The notes under the pieces: model-generated | Seen by the model: only the letters and a program-made list of their open reading frames with translations | Databases searched by the model: none | Told to the model about the DNA's origin: nothing | Position numbers and translations under genes: made by a program | IMG/VR virus record: IMGVR_UViG_3300028610_002211 | Location: 32,001-96,000 of that record | Reading direction: 5' to 3' (one strand) | DNA length: 64,000 nucleotides | DNA from: a virus | Part shown: one piece after another, positions 55,218 through 64,000 of the stretch | Numbering within the stretch: the first letter of the stretch is position 1 | Layout: every line of letters begins with the position of its first letter

Positions 55218-55852
55218 TGGGGTGGTTTTTTAAAAAAACAAAAGATTGGAAAAAGTTTGAAAGGGCGTTTGGCAGAAGATCTAGAAAAATTATCAAAAAA
55301 CATATGATGCGTGCGACCCTTTTAAACGGAAAAATTTTAGAAAAGAAAATTAGACAATTGATTCAAGAGGGAAAATTTTTAGCAAATGCGCCATTAACCG
55401 AAGCGATTAAACGAGATAACAAACCTTTGGTAGGTGTCGAGACTGGCGCTCAACTTTTTAAAGCGATAACGTCAAAAGCAATGTCAGGTGATACACCGTT
55501 TAAAAGCGCTGTTTTTGTTGGCGTGTTACGATCAAACGAATTTTATAACGTTGCTCGCACAATTCACGATGGAAAGACGATCGCGGTAACAGAAAGAATG
55601 CGCGGGTTGTTTTTGGGGCTTTCGTTAGCGAGTCAAGGTAAAATCGATAGGTCTCAACTTTCAAAAAGAGGGCGAGATCTTTTCGATTACATGAATAAGG
55701 GTTGGAAACCTCTTAGAAAGAGCACAACACGGATTGTCATACCACCAAGAGAGTTTATTGATGATGTGTTTAAAGATGGTTCGGCAAAAAAATTAGCAAT
55801 AAAAAATTGGCAACAAGCGTTACAAGCGGCGTTTAGAGAAATGGCGAGATAA
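55217..55852 (+). CDS. neck/tail-completion (virion morphogenesis) protein
   Basis: NAP.T..K..KPL, A..H.G, IP.R.F; basic. Confidence 0.65.
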   Translation: MGWFFKKTKDWKKFERAFGRRSRKIIKKHMMRATLLNGKILEKKIRQLIQEGKFLANAPLTEAIKRDNKPLVGVETGAQLFKAITSKAMSGDTPFKSAVFVGVLRSNEFYNVARTIHDGKTIAVTERMRGLFLGLSLASQGKIDRSQLSKRGRDLFDYMNKGWKPLRKSTTRIVIPPREFIDDVFKDGSAKKLAIKNWQQALQAAFREMAR

Positions 55853-57087
55853 TGAGAACGAAAAAGATCATAAAACGGTTTATCTTCGAAAACAAAAATC
55901 GCGAAAAAATAACCCTTGGCCCGGGCACTCGTTTACCGCCGGAAGAAAACAATTTGCAATTGTTGTTAACTAGTGGAGGTTATTCAACAGACTCAGACTT
56001 GTTTGTAAAAACAGAGGTGTTCAACCCGAAAAGCGTTGTTACGTTTACCGGTTTTGACGTTTATGCAGATCACCAAGTCGATTTCGAGAAAACGCCTTAT
56101 TCTAGTTTGGGTTTTCGTTTAAGTGATGGGGCAAACGAATTTTTTTGGAATGGATCAAGCTGGGAAATAAATGTTGTTGATTGGAATACCGAGGATGAAG
56201 TTTCGGCGAATATTGCGGATTATCCAACTACATCTAAAAAATTACAAATTGTTATAAATCTTGTGACGATAAACGCCAGTTATACGCCAGTTGTGAACGA
56301 AATTCGAGTTTTATACAAATCGATTATCGATTTTCAAGATGATCTGATTTATAATTCAATAGTACCAGCTTTAAGAACTATTAATCCGATCGCTGATTTT
56401 CCAATTTTGATGACTTCGACAACCGACCAAATCGACTTAAACGATTTTCCGTTACAGACACCTTATAAAATAGTTGATGTTGATAGTTGTTTTAACTACA
56501 CAGACGATCCGGAAAAAGCAACAGATATTTTTTCGAGTTATAATACAGGAACAAAGGTAATTACGTTAACAGGTGCGGTTGATAGTGGGAAAACAGTTTG
56601 GATTAAGTTCATTTACGAGCCAATTGTTGCGGTAGCGACAGATCAAGAATATGCCGAAGTTTCTGAAATTCCAGCGATCCATATTTTGAACATTGATACA
56701 CTTAGAAATATGTTAGTAAAAAACACAACGGCGGTCAGAAACAAAGGGGCCGGAACTGCGGTAAAATTGACCAGATTGAGGCAAAAAACCTTTGAATTTA
56801 CGGTTGCGGTTTTAACTTCTTCACAGGTAGATCAACAGCGTTTGCAAGACAAAATAAGGGACTTCTTTGAAAACAATATTACTATTAATTTTAGTGGGTT
56901 AGATGTCGAACACACAATGTATATAAGTGACGACTTTTCAACCCAAACAGGAATAAAAGATCTAGCGACTTACACAGGCATTTTTAGGTTTGTCGTCAAG
57001 GACGTTGTATTCTATATAAAGACACAGGATTTATACACTGTTCAACAGTTTTTAATCACTGGTGATTTGGACGTAACTGTAAACTAG
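55852..57087 (+). CDS. putative tail terminator/completion protein
   Basis: immediately upstream of sheath; C-terminal P.I.I..terminator-like region. Confidence 0.55.
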   Translation: MRTKKIIKRFIFENKNREKITLGPGTRLPPEENNLQLLLTSGGYSTDSDLFVKTEVFNPKSVVTFTGFDVYADHQVDFEKTPYSSLGFRLSDGANEFFWNGSSWEINVVDWNTEDEVSANIADYPTTSKKLQIVINLVTINASYTPVVNEIRVLYKSIIDFQDDLIYNSIVPALRTINPIADFPILMTSTTDQIDLNDFPLQTPYKIVDVDSCFNYTDDPEKATDIFSSYNTGTKVITLTGAVDSGKTVWIKFIYEPIVAVATDQEYAEVSEIPAIHILNIDTLRNMLVKNTTAVRNKGAGTAVKLTRLRQKTFEFTVAVLTSSQVDQQRLQDKIRDFFENNITINFSGLDVEHTMYISDDFSTQTGIKDLATYTGIFRFVVKDVVFYIKTQDLYTVQQFLITGDLDVTVN

Positions 57088-57192
57088 AAGGAGAAAAAAA
57101 ATGACTCGACGATATGGCAGTTTTTAATCACTGGTGATTTGGACGTAACTGTAAACTAGAAGGAGAAAAAAATGACTCAACGACGTTATGGC
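57046..57192 (+). repeat. 72-bp-period tandem duplication of the gene end, RBS and sheath start
   Basis: CAGTTTTTAATC..TAGAAGGAGA(n)TGACTC at 57046 and 57118. Confidence 0.9.
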
Positions 57193-59460
57193 CCGACACG
57201 TGGCGCGGGCGTAGCTGTGATTGAGAAAGAGGGCGATAAAACGATCGAACCCGCTGCATTGGGTTGGGCCGGTTACGCCGGACTTCTCGAAAAAGGCCCG
57301 GTTAGTGAGTTGATCGAGTGTCAAAATGCAACAGCGTTTTTCAAAAAATGCGGTTCGTATATTGATGACAGCTTGCTTCCCGATTCTTGCCGCAGCTACT
57401 ACAGGTTAGCAAATGGCGCCGGAGGGCTTTTCCTAATTCGCGTTACAGACGGGAATGAAGCGCAAGCCGAGGTAACGCTTTATGCTCGTTATTTCGAAAC
57501 ATTGACGCCAATGGGAAAATGCAAAGCGCACAACGGTGGTCGGTGGGGCGGAAAAGAACAAGTCTTTTCGGGTGATGTTGCCGATGTTGCCGACATCACA
57601 GAAACGACAATCACAACCGGCGAAACGGGTTGGAAAACCGATCAATGGAAAGGTGGGATTGTTGAACTCGAAGGGGTCGCAAACAAACAATATCCGATCG
57701 TCGGTAATACATCGGCCGGTGTGATCACGGTTGCGTCCGATCAAACGATGGATACCGATCTGGACGTGGGAACGGAAACGCGGTATTACCTCACTTTGGA
57801 AAATGAGACGAAAGCGGTTTCAATTCTGATTGGTGATGGTGAAGAAAAACCAGATGAAGAATTTTCACTTTCGGTTTTCGTCGATGGTGACTTTGTCAAA
57901 AAGTACGGTAACCTTTCAACAGATCCAACGAGTGGCCGTTATTGGGTGTCAGTGATCAACAACGATGACGGCAATGACGAAATCGAAGTTGAAGATCTTT
58001 GGACCGGGGCACACACCGCAAGTATTCGACCGGCGAACATTTACGGAAAAACGGACGGCGTTCCGACAATAACGGTTTTAACGGCACACATTAGCGATTT
58101 CACCATTAATTCGCCTGCTGGAGGTGATCCAACGTTTGCTTTAGGCACAACAACAGATGTGTTCAAACCGCAAGTTATCACGGTAACAATGATAGATGCA
58201 ACAACGGGGGACGTTGTGTCTGACAGATTTGGCGCTTTCACGGGGATTTTAACCCTTGGGGTAGAATTTATTCCAGATAACAAATGGGCGCCACCGTTTA
58301 CCGTTACGGTGGGCACAAATCCTTTGGAAGCAGCTGAAACCTTGGTCATTGCTTACAAGCCGTTTGTTGCCAATTCTTTGATCGGCGGCTATCTGTATCC
58401 AGACAAGGCAAACTCAAAACTTGAAAAATACAGGATTGTTGACAACGATCACAAAACAATCACTGTTGCACCCGGTTCGGATTTGACGGTTTCGGGCGAC
58501 GATGAAGACGAATTCATGGTTGAATCGGCGCTTGAATTGGCGGGCGGAATTGACGGCAATGCAGACGTTGCAGACGCAAGCTACACAACACAGGCGTGGG
58601 ATACCGGTTTGAGTCCGTTCAATCGGTTGTTTGGACGCGGTATGGGCATTGTCAAAATGGCAACGCCGGGTGTTATATCGACCGCAGTTGAAAAGGCGGG
58701 CGTTGCTTATGCCGAAGCGAAAAATCACCAATACCGCTACGAAATCCCGGATTCGGTTGTCACAGAATCGGGCGCGATCGGGCATATCAACGATATTCTC
58801 GGACGAAACGATTTCGCGGTTGTAAGTTTTCCATCTTTTTCATGGGTTGCCGATCCGTTAGGCAACGGTGAAGGCAAGCGAAAATTGGTTTCGAGCACGG
58901 GAATGGTTCACGGTAGAGAAGCGCGGATCGCGGGCGACTTCGACGGTTACCACAAGGCCGAAGCCGGGACCACTGCGACGTTGCCCGAAATCTTGGCGTT
59001 ACCAACTGGTGAAGCAATTCTTGACGAAGAACAGCTCAACCCGGTTGGGATTGGCATTATCAAGAAAAAGAAGGGCAACTACATCTTGTGGGGCGATCGG
59101 ACTTTGTTTCTTGATCCGACTTGGAAATGGAAACATCAACGCGAACAAATGTCATGGTACGAACACATTTTGGCCGAAAACTTTGACTGGATTGTGTTCG
59201 CGATCAACGATACCGACGAATGGACAAACGCCAGAACGGCTTTGATCGCGCTTTTCCTGAAAGAGTGGAGACCAAAAAGAGCGATCCGGGGTGACACTTT
59301 CGCCGATGCTGCGATCATCAAAGTTGATTCCGAAATCAACACCGACGCAACAATGGCGGGGGGTGATTTGAACGCGTCTGTTGCGTTGCGATTGGCAGAC
59401 ACGATCGAAAGGTTCATTATCACAATCGGCAAACAGGGCATTTTTGATAGCGTTGGTTAA
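57172..59460 (+). CDS. contractile tail sheath protein
   Basis: GV.V.E, G..EKGP, L.GG.DG, LNP.GI, LWGDRTL, VFA.N, ERFII. Confidence 0.92.
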   Translation: MTQRRYGPTRGAGVAVIEKEGDKTIEPAALGWAGYAGLLEKGPVSELIECQNATAFFKKCGSYIDDSLLPDSCRSYYRLANGAGGLFLIRVTDGNEAQAEVTLYARYFETLTPMGKCKAHNGGRWGGKEQVFSGDVADVADITETTITTGETGWKTDQWKGGIVELEGVANKQYPIVGNTSAGVITVASDQTMDTDLDVGTETRYYLTLENETKAVSILIGDGEEKPDEEFSLSVFVDGDFVKKYGNLSTDPTSGRYWVSVINNDDGNDEIEVEDLWTGAHTASIRPANIYGKTDGVPTITVLTAHISDFTINSPAGGDPTFALGTTTDVFKPQVITVTMIDATTGDVVSDRFGAFTGILTLGVEFIPDNKWAPPFTVTVGTNPLEAAETLVIAYKPFVANSLIGGYLYPDKANSKLEKYRIVDNDHKTITVAPGSDLTVSGDDEDEFMVESALELAGGIDGNADVADASYTTQAWDTGLSPFNRLFGRGMGIVKMATPGVISTAVEKAGVAYAEAKNHQYRYEIPDSVVTESGAIGHINDILGRNDFAVVSFPSFSWVADPLGNGEGKRKLVSSTGMVHGREARIAGDFDGYHKAEAGTTATLPEILALPTGEAILDEEQLNPVGIGIIKKKKGNYILWGDRTLFLDPTWKWKHQREQMSWYEHILAENFDWIVFAINDTDEWTNARTALIALFLKEWRPKRAIRGDTFADAAIIKVDSEINTDATMAGGDLNASVALRLADTIERFIITIGKQGIFDSVG

Positions 59461-59519
59461 CCCGATCATTGGCTAATAAAATTGCCAAGGTGGTTTTTTA
59501 AAAAGGAGAAAAAAAGACA

Positions 59520-59741
59520 ATGACCACGACAATAAAAAAGAGTATTGGCGATGCCGGGGCCGGGGTTGACCAATCGCACGGGGCGGACACACTTTACGAT
59601 GCAGTGAAAGCGCTTGCAACGGACTTGCAAGCTGTGATCGTTGCGCTCAACCAGCTGTTAACGGATTACAACGCCGAAACCGCAGCAGATCACACGACAA
59701 GTTCGGCTACCGCTGTAACGCAAACCTACGAAATCGAATAA
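59520..59741 (+). CDS. small virion/fibre-like protein
   Basis: SD AAGGAG; short coiled coil. Confidence 0.65.
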   Translation: MTTTIKKSIGDAGAGVDQSHGADTLYDAVKALATDLQAVIVALNQLLTDYNAETAADHTTSSATAVTQTYEIE

Positions 59742-59769
59742 ATGTGATTGCTTGAAAGGAGTTATCTAA

Positions 59770-60219
59770 ATGACTATGAAAGGTTCATTGCAAAACGATC
59801 ACATTGCAAAAAACAACTCTACGTTGAGAGTGGTCGGGTTGCCAGTTGATCTAACCATTGTGACCCATGGGGCGATCGAAGAAGAACTAAAAATGGTTGA
59901 TTTGCCGGACAACACCAAAGCAAGTGGCGGCGATACCAACCCAGTTGAATTCGATTTTTCTATCCCCATGCATCATGGGAAAGAAGAAGCGGCTTGTGAA
60001 GCTTGGTATCTTGAAGGCAAAGGCCCGGTATTACCAACCTACAAAAAACCGGCTACGTTGGTATACAAGTCGATTTCGGGCGCTTTCGAGAGAAACTTTG
60101 CGCTCGAAGGGTGCTTTATCATCAAACGTAGTTTGCCCGAAGGTGATATGTCGGATGACGGCGAAATGCAGGTAACAACCTGGACATTGAGCGCCGATAA
60201 CATTTTGCCATTAGTGTAG
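59770..60219 (+). CDS. tail tube protein
   Basis: 149 aa after sheath; W..E, K..TL.Y, L.GCF..K. Confidence 0.8.
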   Translation: MTMKGSLQNDHIAKNNSTLRVVGLPVDLTIVTHGAIEEELKMVDLPDNTKASGGDTNPVEFDFSIPMHHGKEEAACEAWYLEGKGPVLPTYKKPATLVYKSISGAFERNFALEGCFIIKRSLPEGDMSDDGEMQVTTWTLSADNILPLV

Positions 60220-60277
60220 AAACCAAAAACCGGCGGTTGGGCTTAACATAGCTCTAAGCAAATGGAGGTGAACCGCA

Positions 60278-61120
60278 ATGTCTGACAAAGACACCAAGAA
60301 AGAAATTGGCGTTAAAGGTTCTTTCAAAACTAAAACGTTGAAAGAGCTTGGCCCTAATTTGCCACTAGGGATCAAAACCGAATCTGGCGTTTTTGAAAAA
60401 ACGATCGAGTTAAAGCGTTGGACAATGAAACAAGAAAAGGAGTTGGGCGCAATTCGCGAAGACAACCCACAAGCGAAAATGGGTCAATATGTGTCTATGG
60501 TTTTGGCGCACATGTGCACAAGACTTGGCCCGTATAATTTCGATGGAATGGACAATGTCAAAAAACTTTTGAAAATTTCGCAAATGCATAGTGGCGATGT
60601 TTTTTACGCCTATTGTTGGTTGCGTTATAAGTCGCTTGGCAAAGATCTCGGGTTGGATTTGACTTGTGGGCGTTGCGATCAAGAGTTTGTTTGGAACGCC
60701 GATATGGAAACATTAGAGGTGAATTGCTCTGATACCCTCGAAGCGTTTTTGTGGAAACATGAATTTTCGGATCCGTTCGAAATTCGTGGTAATATGTGCA
60801 ACGGTTTTGTTTTTCAGCCAAGCCGTTGGAACACTTACGAAACAATGAATGACGCTGATTTCGGCGGGATCGGCGTTATCAAAGAAAAAATGATCCTTGG
60901 GAGTTTCCACAATTTAGTTGACAGTGGGGAACCAATCGCTTTGGCAGAAAGCGAAATTGAAGATCTTGGAAAACTAGATCTCGAAACTTGCGTTAGAGGA
61001 ATCGAAGATGAAAGGCTTGGTCCAGATATGTCAGTATCTGTTAAACACAGTTGCAGATATGAATTTATACATCCGATTCGATGGGGTTTTGATGATTTTT
61101 TCGGCGTTTCTTCCCGTTAA
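60278..61120 (+). CDS. tail assembly chaperone / hub-like protein
   Basis: between tube and tape measure; CxxC; ends with slippery T TTT TTC. Confidence 0.7.
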   Translation: MSDKDTKKEIGVKGSFKTKTLKELGPNLPLGIKTESGVFEKTIELKRWTMKQEKELGAIREDNPQAKMGQYVSMVLAHMCTRLGPYNFDGMDNVKKLLKISQMHSGDVFYAYCWLRYKSLGKDLGLDLTCGRCDQEFVWNADMETLEVNCSDTLEAFLWKHEFSDPFEIRGNMCNGFVFQPSRWNTYETMNDADFGGIGVIKEKMILGSFHNLVDSGEPIALAESEIEDLGKLDLETCVRGIEDERLGPDMSVSVKHSCRYEFIHPIRWGFDDFFGVSSR

Positions 61121-61311
61121 GTTCACTTAATGACTTACGGGAACAGGCGTTTGCTTTAACGTATTGTATTAAATCGATGGGTTATGATGCTGTTGAGAAT
61201 ATGACTAGAGCCGATCGAGAGTGGTTTTTGAGGCGTTTGAATAGACAGTTAAAACAAGAACACGAAGAAATGAAAAAAGCAGCTAATAAAACCAAAAAAG
61301 GTAAACGTTAG
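61096..61311 (+). CDS. -1 frameshift extension of the chaperone (G-T type)
   Basis: -1 frame open FFRRFFPLSSLNDLREQAFAL..REWFLRRL to TAG 61311; no own SD-led start. Confidence 0.7.
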   Translation, partial: FFRRFFPLSSLNDLREQAFALTYCIKSMGYDAVENMTRADREWFLRRLNRQLKQEHEEMKKAANKTKKGKR

Positions 61312-61313
61312 AA

Positions 61314-64000
61314 ATGGCACTTGAAAAAGTCGGACTTGGCGCGATCGTAACATCTGACACGAAGCAGTATGTTGATGCTATGGGACGGGCTCGCGATGCA
61401 AACGGCCGTTTTGTCGCGGGCGCCGGTAAGGTTCCGCCTCCACTTGGGAGAATTGGCGCAGCGGCAACAAGGGTTGCAGCTAAATTAAGGGGTATGGCAC
61501 AAGGCGTTGCACGCGGCGGTCGAATGATCGGCGCGGGTATGCGTGATATGGGGCTTGGGTTGGCTCCTCTTTCCCTTGGGTTAGGGGCCGCTGTTGCACA
61601 AGCGGCCAAATTTGAGAAGCGCATGAGCGGGGTTGGTGCCGTCTCACGAGCGAACAAAGAAGATATGGCCGCGATGAGTAAAGAAGCGCGGCGTATGGGG
61701 ATCGTGTCTGTTTTTTCCGCTTCGCAAGCGGCCGAAGGTATGGAAAATCTTGCCCGAGCGGGCGCCAAACCACACCAAATAATTGCTGGTTTGGGTGGGG
61801 TTATGAATGCAGCGGCCGCAGACGGTATCACCCTGTCCCAGAGCGCCGATATTGTGGCAAGGGTTACCAAGGGTATGGGTCTGGAATGGAGCCAAGCGGG
61901 ACACATTGCAGACACTTTAGCGTTGGCCAGCGCAAGCGCTAACACAAATATTTTGGCACTTGGTGAAGCGTTTATTTATGGTGTTTCCACTTCAAAAGCG
62001 ATGGGCGTTTCATTAGAACAAACAACGGCGATTTTTGCGAAATTGGCTGATGCTGGTTTACGTGGATCAATGGGTGGGACTGCTTATGCAAATATGATGA
62101 CAAAGCTTGCCAAACCAACGTCAAAATCAATCAAATTACTGAAGAAATGGGATATCAAGTTAGAGACTAGTAAAGGCAAATTGCGCAAGGTCGCTGATAT
62201 TGTCGGTGATTTTAGCGAAAAACTTTCGAAGTTAAAATCCGTTACACGACGACAAGCAATTGCGCAAGAAGTTTTTGGTCGAAGGGGTTCACGCGCTTAC
62301 ACTGCTTTGGCAAACGCTGGTAGAGAGGCAACGTTAGAGTTAGAGGATAGGCTTGTCGCATCTTCAGAAAAAGGCGGCGCGGCGCTTGAAATGGCAAGAC
62401 GCCGATTAGACAATTTTTCCGGTTCAATGACTTTGTTGAAAAGTTCGTTAGAAGGGCTTTCGATCGGGCTTTTTCAACCAATGTTAAAACCGCTTGCAAC
62501 TTCAGTTAGACAATTCACTGAAGGTTTTAATAAAGTCTTAATGGCTTTGAATGATATAAACGATTTTTGGGCGGAAAACCCGGATGCAACAGGATTTCCA
62601 ACAGAGTCTTTAGAAAAATACGGGAAAACGGTTTCACAAATCGCGCTTGGTTTAAGGGATGCGGTCGACGCTGTCGGTGATGCATGGGATTGGGTTACGA
62701 AAAAAGTTAAAGCGGCTGGTAAGTGGTTCGGGGCAACTTTTGGCGGGGCCACGATGAGAAAAATTATCAAAATCGGAACCTTGATCTTAATAGCCGGGGC
62801 CGCTTTGGCACCTTTGATCCTTAGTTTGGCAATGGCCAAATTTGTGATCGGTGGTTTGATTTCTGTTATCGGCGGTGTTGCAACAATTATCGGCGCTGTG
62901 TTTTGGCCTTTATTGGCTGTTATCGGCGGCATTATCATAGCTTTTCAATTTCTAAAAAAAGAAAACGAGTCGTTTTTACAAACTGCAAGTCGAGTTTGGG
63001 GCAATATAAAAATATGGATCTTAGATGTTTGGGAAAACGCTTTGAAACCAATGTGGGCTGGAATCAAAGGCGCCCTGATCCCGGCTATTGAAGAATGGGG
63101 CGGCCTTTGGCAGGAAATTGTCGGCGAAATAAAAACTGTTTTTTCCGAACTTTATCGTGAGTTATTTGGTGGAAACGAAAACACAAAAATCAGTTGGCTT
63201 GAAGTTGGGAAAGTAATTGGCGCGGTTATTGGTGCGATCGGAACTACATTTCTATTTTTTGTTCGTTATATAATTCCATTGTTGGCCGGAATCGGGAAAT
63301 ATTTTTACAAGGTAGTAAATACAATTTGGGGTATTTGGAAATGGGCAATAACTCAAATCGCCGAAGGTTGGGCAAAACTTGCGCTAGGTATTGAAAAGGT
63401 TATAGAAGGTGACATTTTAGAAGGTTTAAAACGGATCGGACTTGGTCTTTTAGATTTTGTTTTGAAACCATTTCGGTTGCTTCTTGAATCTGCCTTAGCT
63501 TTGGGCGATGCTTTAAATATAGATGTTCCTGACAGTCTTAGAACATTTGCCGAAGAAGGTTTGACAGGGCTCGCTTTCGATATACCAGCAAAAGAAACAG
63601 AAAAAACTTTTAAAACACGTGCCGAACAAATGGCAAGCTTTGGAATTGTTGAAACAGAGTTGGTTGTTAAACCGGGCGCTGATTTGGGCGGGCGTTTCGG
63701 GGAAGTGAAAACGGTTAAAGGTGAAAAGAGAAGGCGAGAAGAAGAAATCGATCAAATGCGGCGTGATATAGTCAATGCAAGGGAAGCGGCCGGGGCGGAT
63801 TTAAACCCGACTTCAATCGCAAAAGAACTTGCGGCGATGATGGCAAAGAAAGAAGCCGCAGCACAAGCGCCGATCGATGTCAAAGTTGAAAATTTACTCG
63901 AAGATAAACGAACATTAGACATTAAAAATAATCTTTGTGTTTCTGGCGAAGATGTCAATTTAGCTTCTGGTAGACACAAAGTTGAATTACAAGAAAGAGC
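61314..64000 (+). CDS. tail tape measure protein (partial, runs off window)
   Basis: MALEKVGLGA.., FEKRMSGVGAV, SASQAAEGM..LARAG, AGL.GS.GGT; Ala/Gly-rich repeats; frame appears open to the window end. Confidence 0.9.
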   Translation, partial: MALEKVGLGAIVTSDTKQYVDAMGRARDANGRFVAGAGKVPPPLGRIGAAATRVAAKLRGMAQGVARGGRMIGAGMRDMGLGLAPLSLGLGAAVAQAAKFEKRMSGVGAVSRANKEDMAAMSKEARRMGIVSVFSASQAAEGMENLARAGAKPHQIIAGLGGVMNAAAADGITLSQSADIVARVTKGMGLEWSQAGHIADTLALASASANTNILALGEAFIYGVSTSKAMGVSLEQTTAIFAKLADAGLRGSMGGTAYANMMTKLAKPTSKSIKLLKKWDIKLETSKGKLRKVADIVGDFSEKLSKLKSVTRRQAIAQEVFGRRGSRAYTALANAGREATLELEDRLVASSEKGGAALEMARRRLDNFSGSMTLLKSSLEGLSIGLFQPMLKPLATSVRQFTEGFNKVLMALNDINDFWAENPDATGFPTESLEKYGKTVSQIALGLRDAVDAVGDAWDWVTKKVKAAGKWFGATFGGATMRKIIKIGTLILIAGAALAPLILSLAMAKFVIGGLISVIGGVATIIGAVFWPLLAVIGGIIIAFQFLKKENESFLQTASRVWGNIKIWILDVWENALKPMWAGIKGALIPAIEEWGGLWQEIVGEIKTVFSELYRELFGGNENTKISWLEVGKVIGAVIGAIGTTFLFFVRYIIPLLAGIGKYFYKVVNTIWGIWKWAITQIAEGWAKLALGIEKVIEGDILEGLKRIGLGLLDFVLKPFRLLLESALALGDALNIDVPDSLRTFAEEGLTGLAFDIPAKETEKTFKTRAEQMASFGIVETELVVKPGADLGGRFGEVKTVKGEKRRREEEIDQMRRDIVNAREAAGADLNPTSIAKELAAMMAKKEAAAQAPIDVKVENLLEDKRTLDIKNNLCVSGEDVNLASGRHKVELQER

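Noticed and set aside
57172-61311. Tail module as an extracellular contractile injection system or tailocin
   Set aside because: Complete terminase, portal, protease and capsid genes are present, so it is a phage tail
78-63979. Minus-strand ORFs in the ORF track (e.g. 41822-42409, 61283-61945, 24821-25330)
   Set aside because: They shadow well-supported plus-strand genes, lack SDs and have antisense-type composition
1-64000. Stop-codon reassignment or tRNA genes
   Set aside because: Core genes are intact in code 11 and end in all three stops; no cloverleaf recognised by eye (tRNAscan not run)

Overview
A 64-kb segment of a large contractile-tailed (myovirus-type) dsDNA phage, with nearly all genes on the + strand. 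The region 1-33 kb is an accessory/early region of about 90 mostly small ORFs. It includes a NUDIX hydrolase, thyX, an ArdC-like protein, two Acb2/Tad1-like hairpin proteins, an HNH-AP2 endonuclease and a dTMP kinase, plus a gene-poor repeat-rich interval at 12.1-13.9 kb. The region 33-64 kb holds the lysis, packaging, head (PBSX/XkdF-like), fibre-like island, neck, sheath, tube, chaperone (-1 frameshift) and tape-measure genes; the tape measure runs off the window. The most unusual signal is non-coding. A family of sigma70 promoter-leader cassettes has its predicted +1 on an AUG that is in frame (8 of 8) with a second, SD-led AUG 27-42 nt downstream. The same leader motif (AGCGCAACACA..GGAG) recurs at an internal start in the scaffold gene. 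It also occurs, without a downstream start codon, in the loop of a 27-bp hairpin downstream of one of four clustered sigma54-type (-24/-12) sites, two of which sit back-to-back with cassette promoters. All product calls come from motif recognition by eye; no searches were run.
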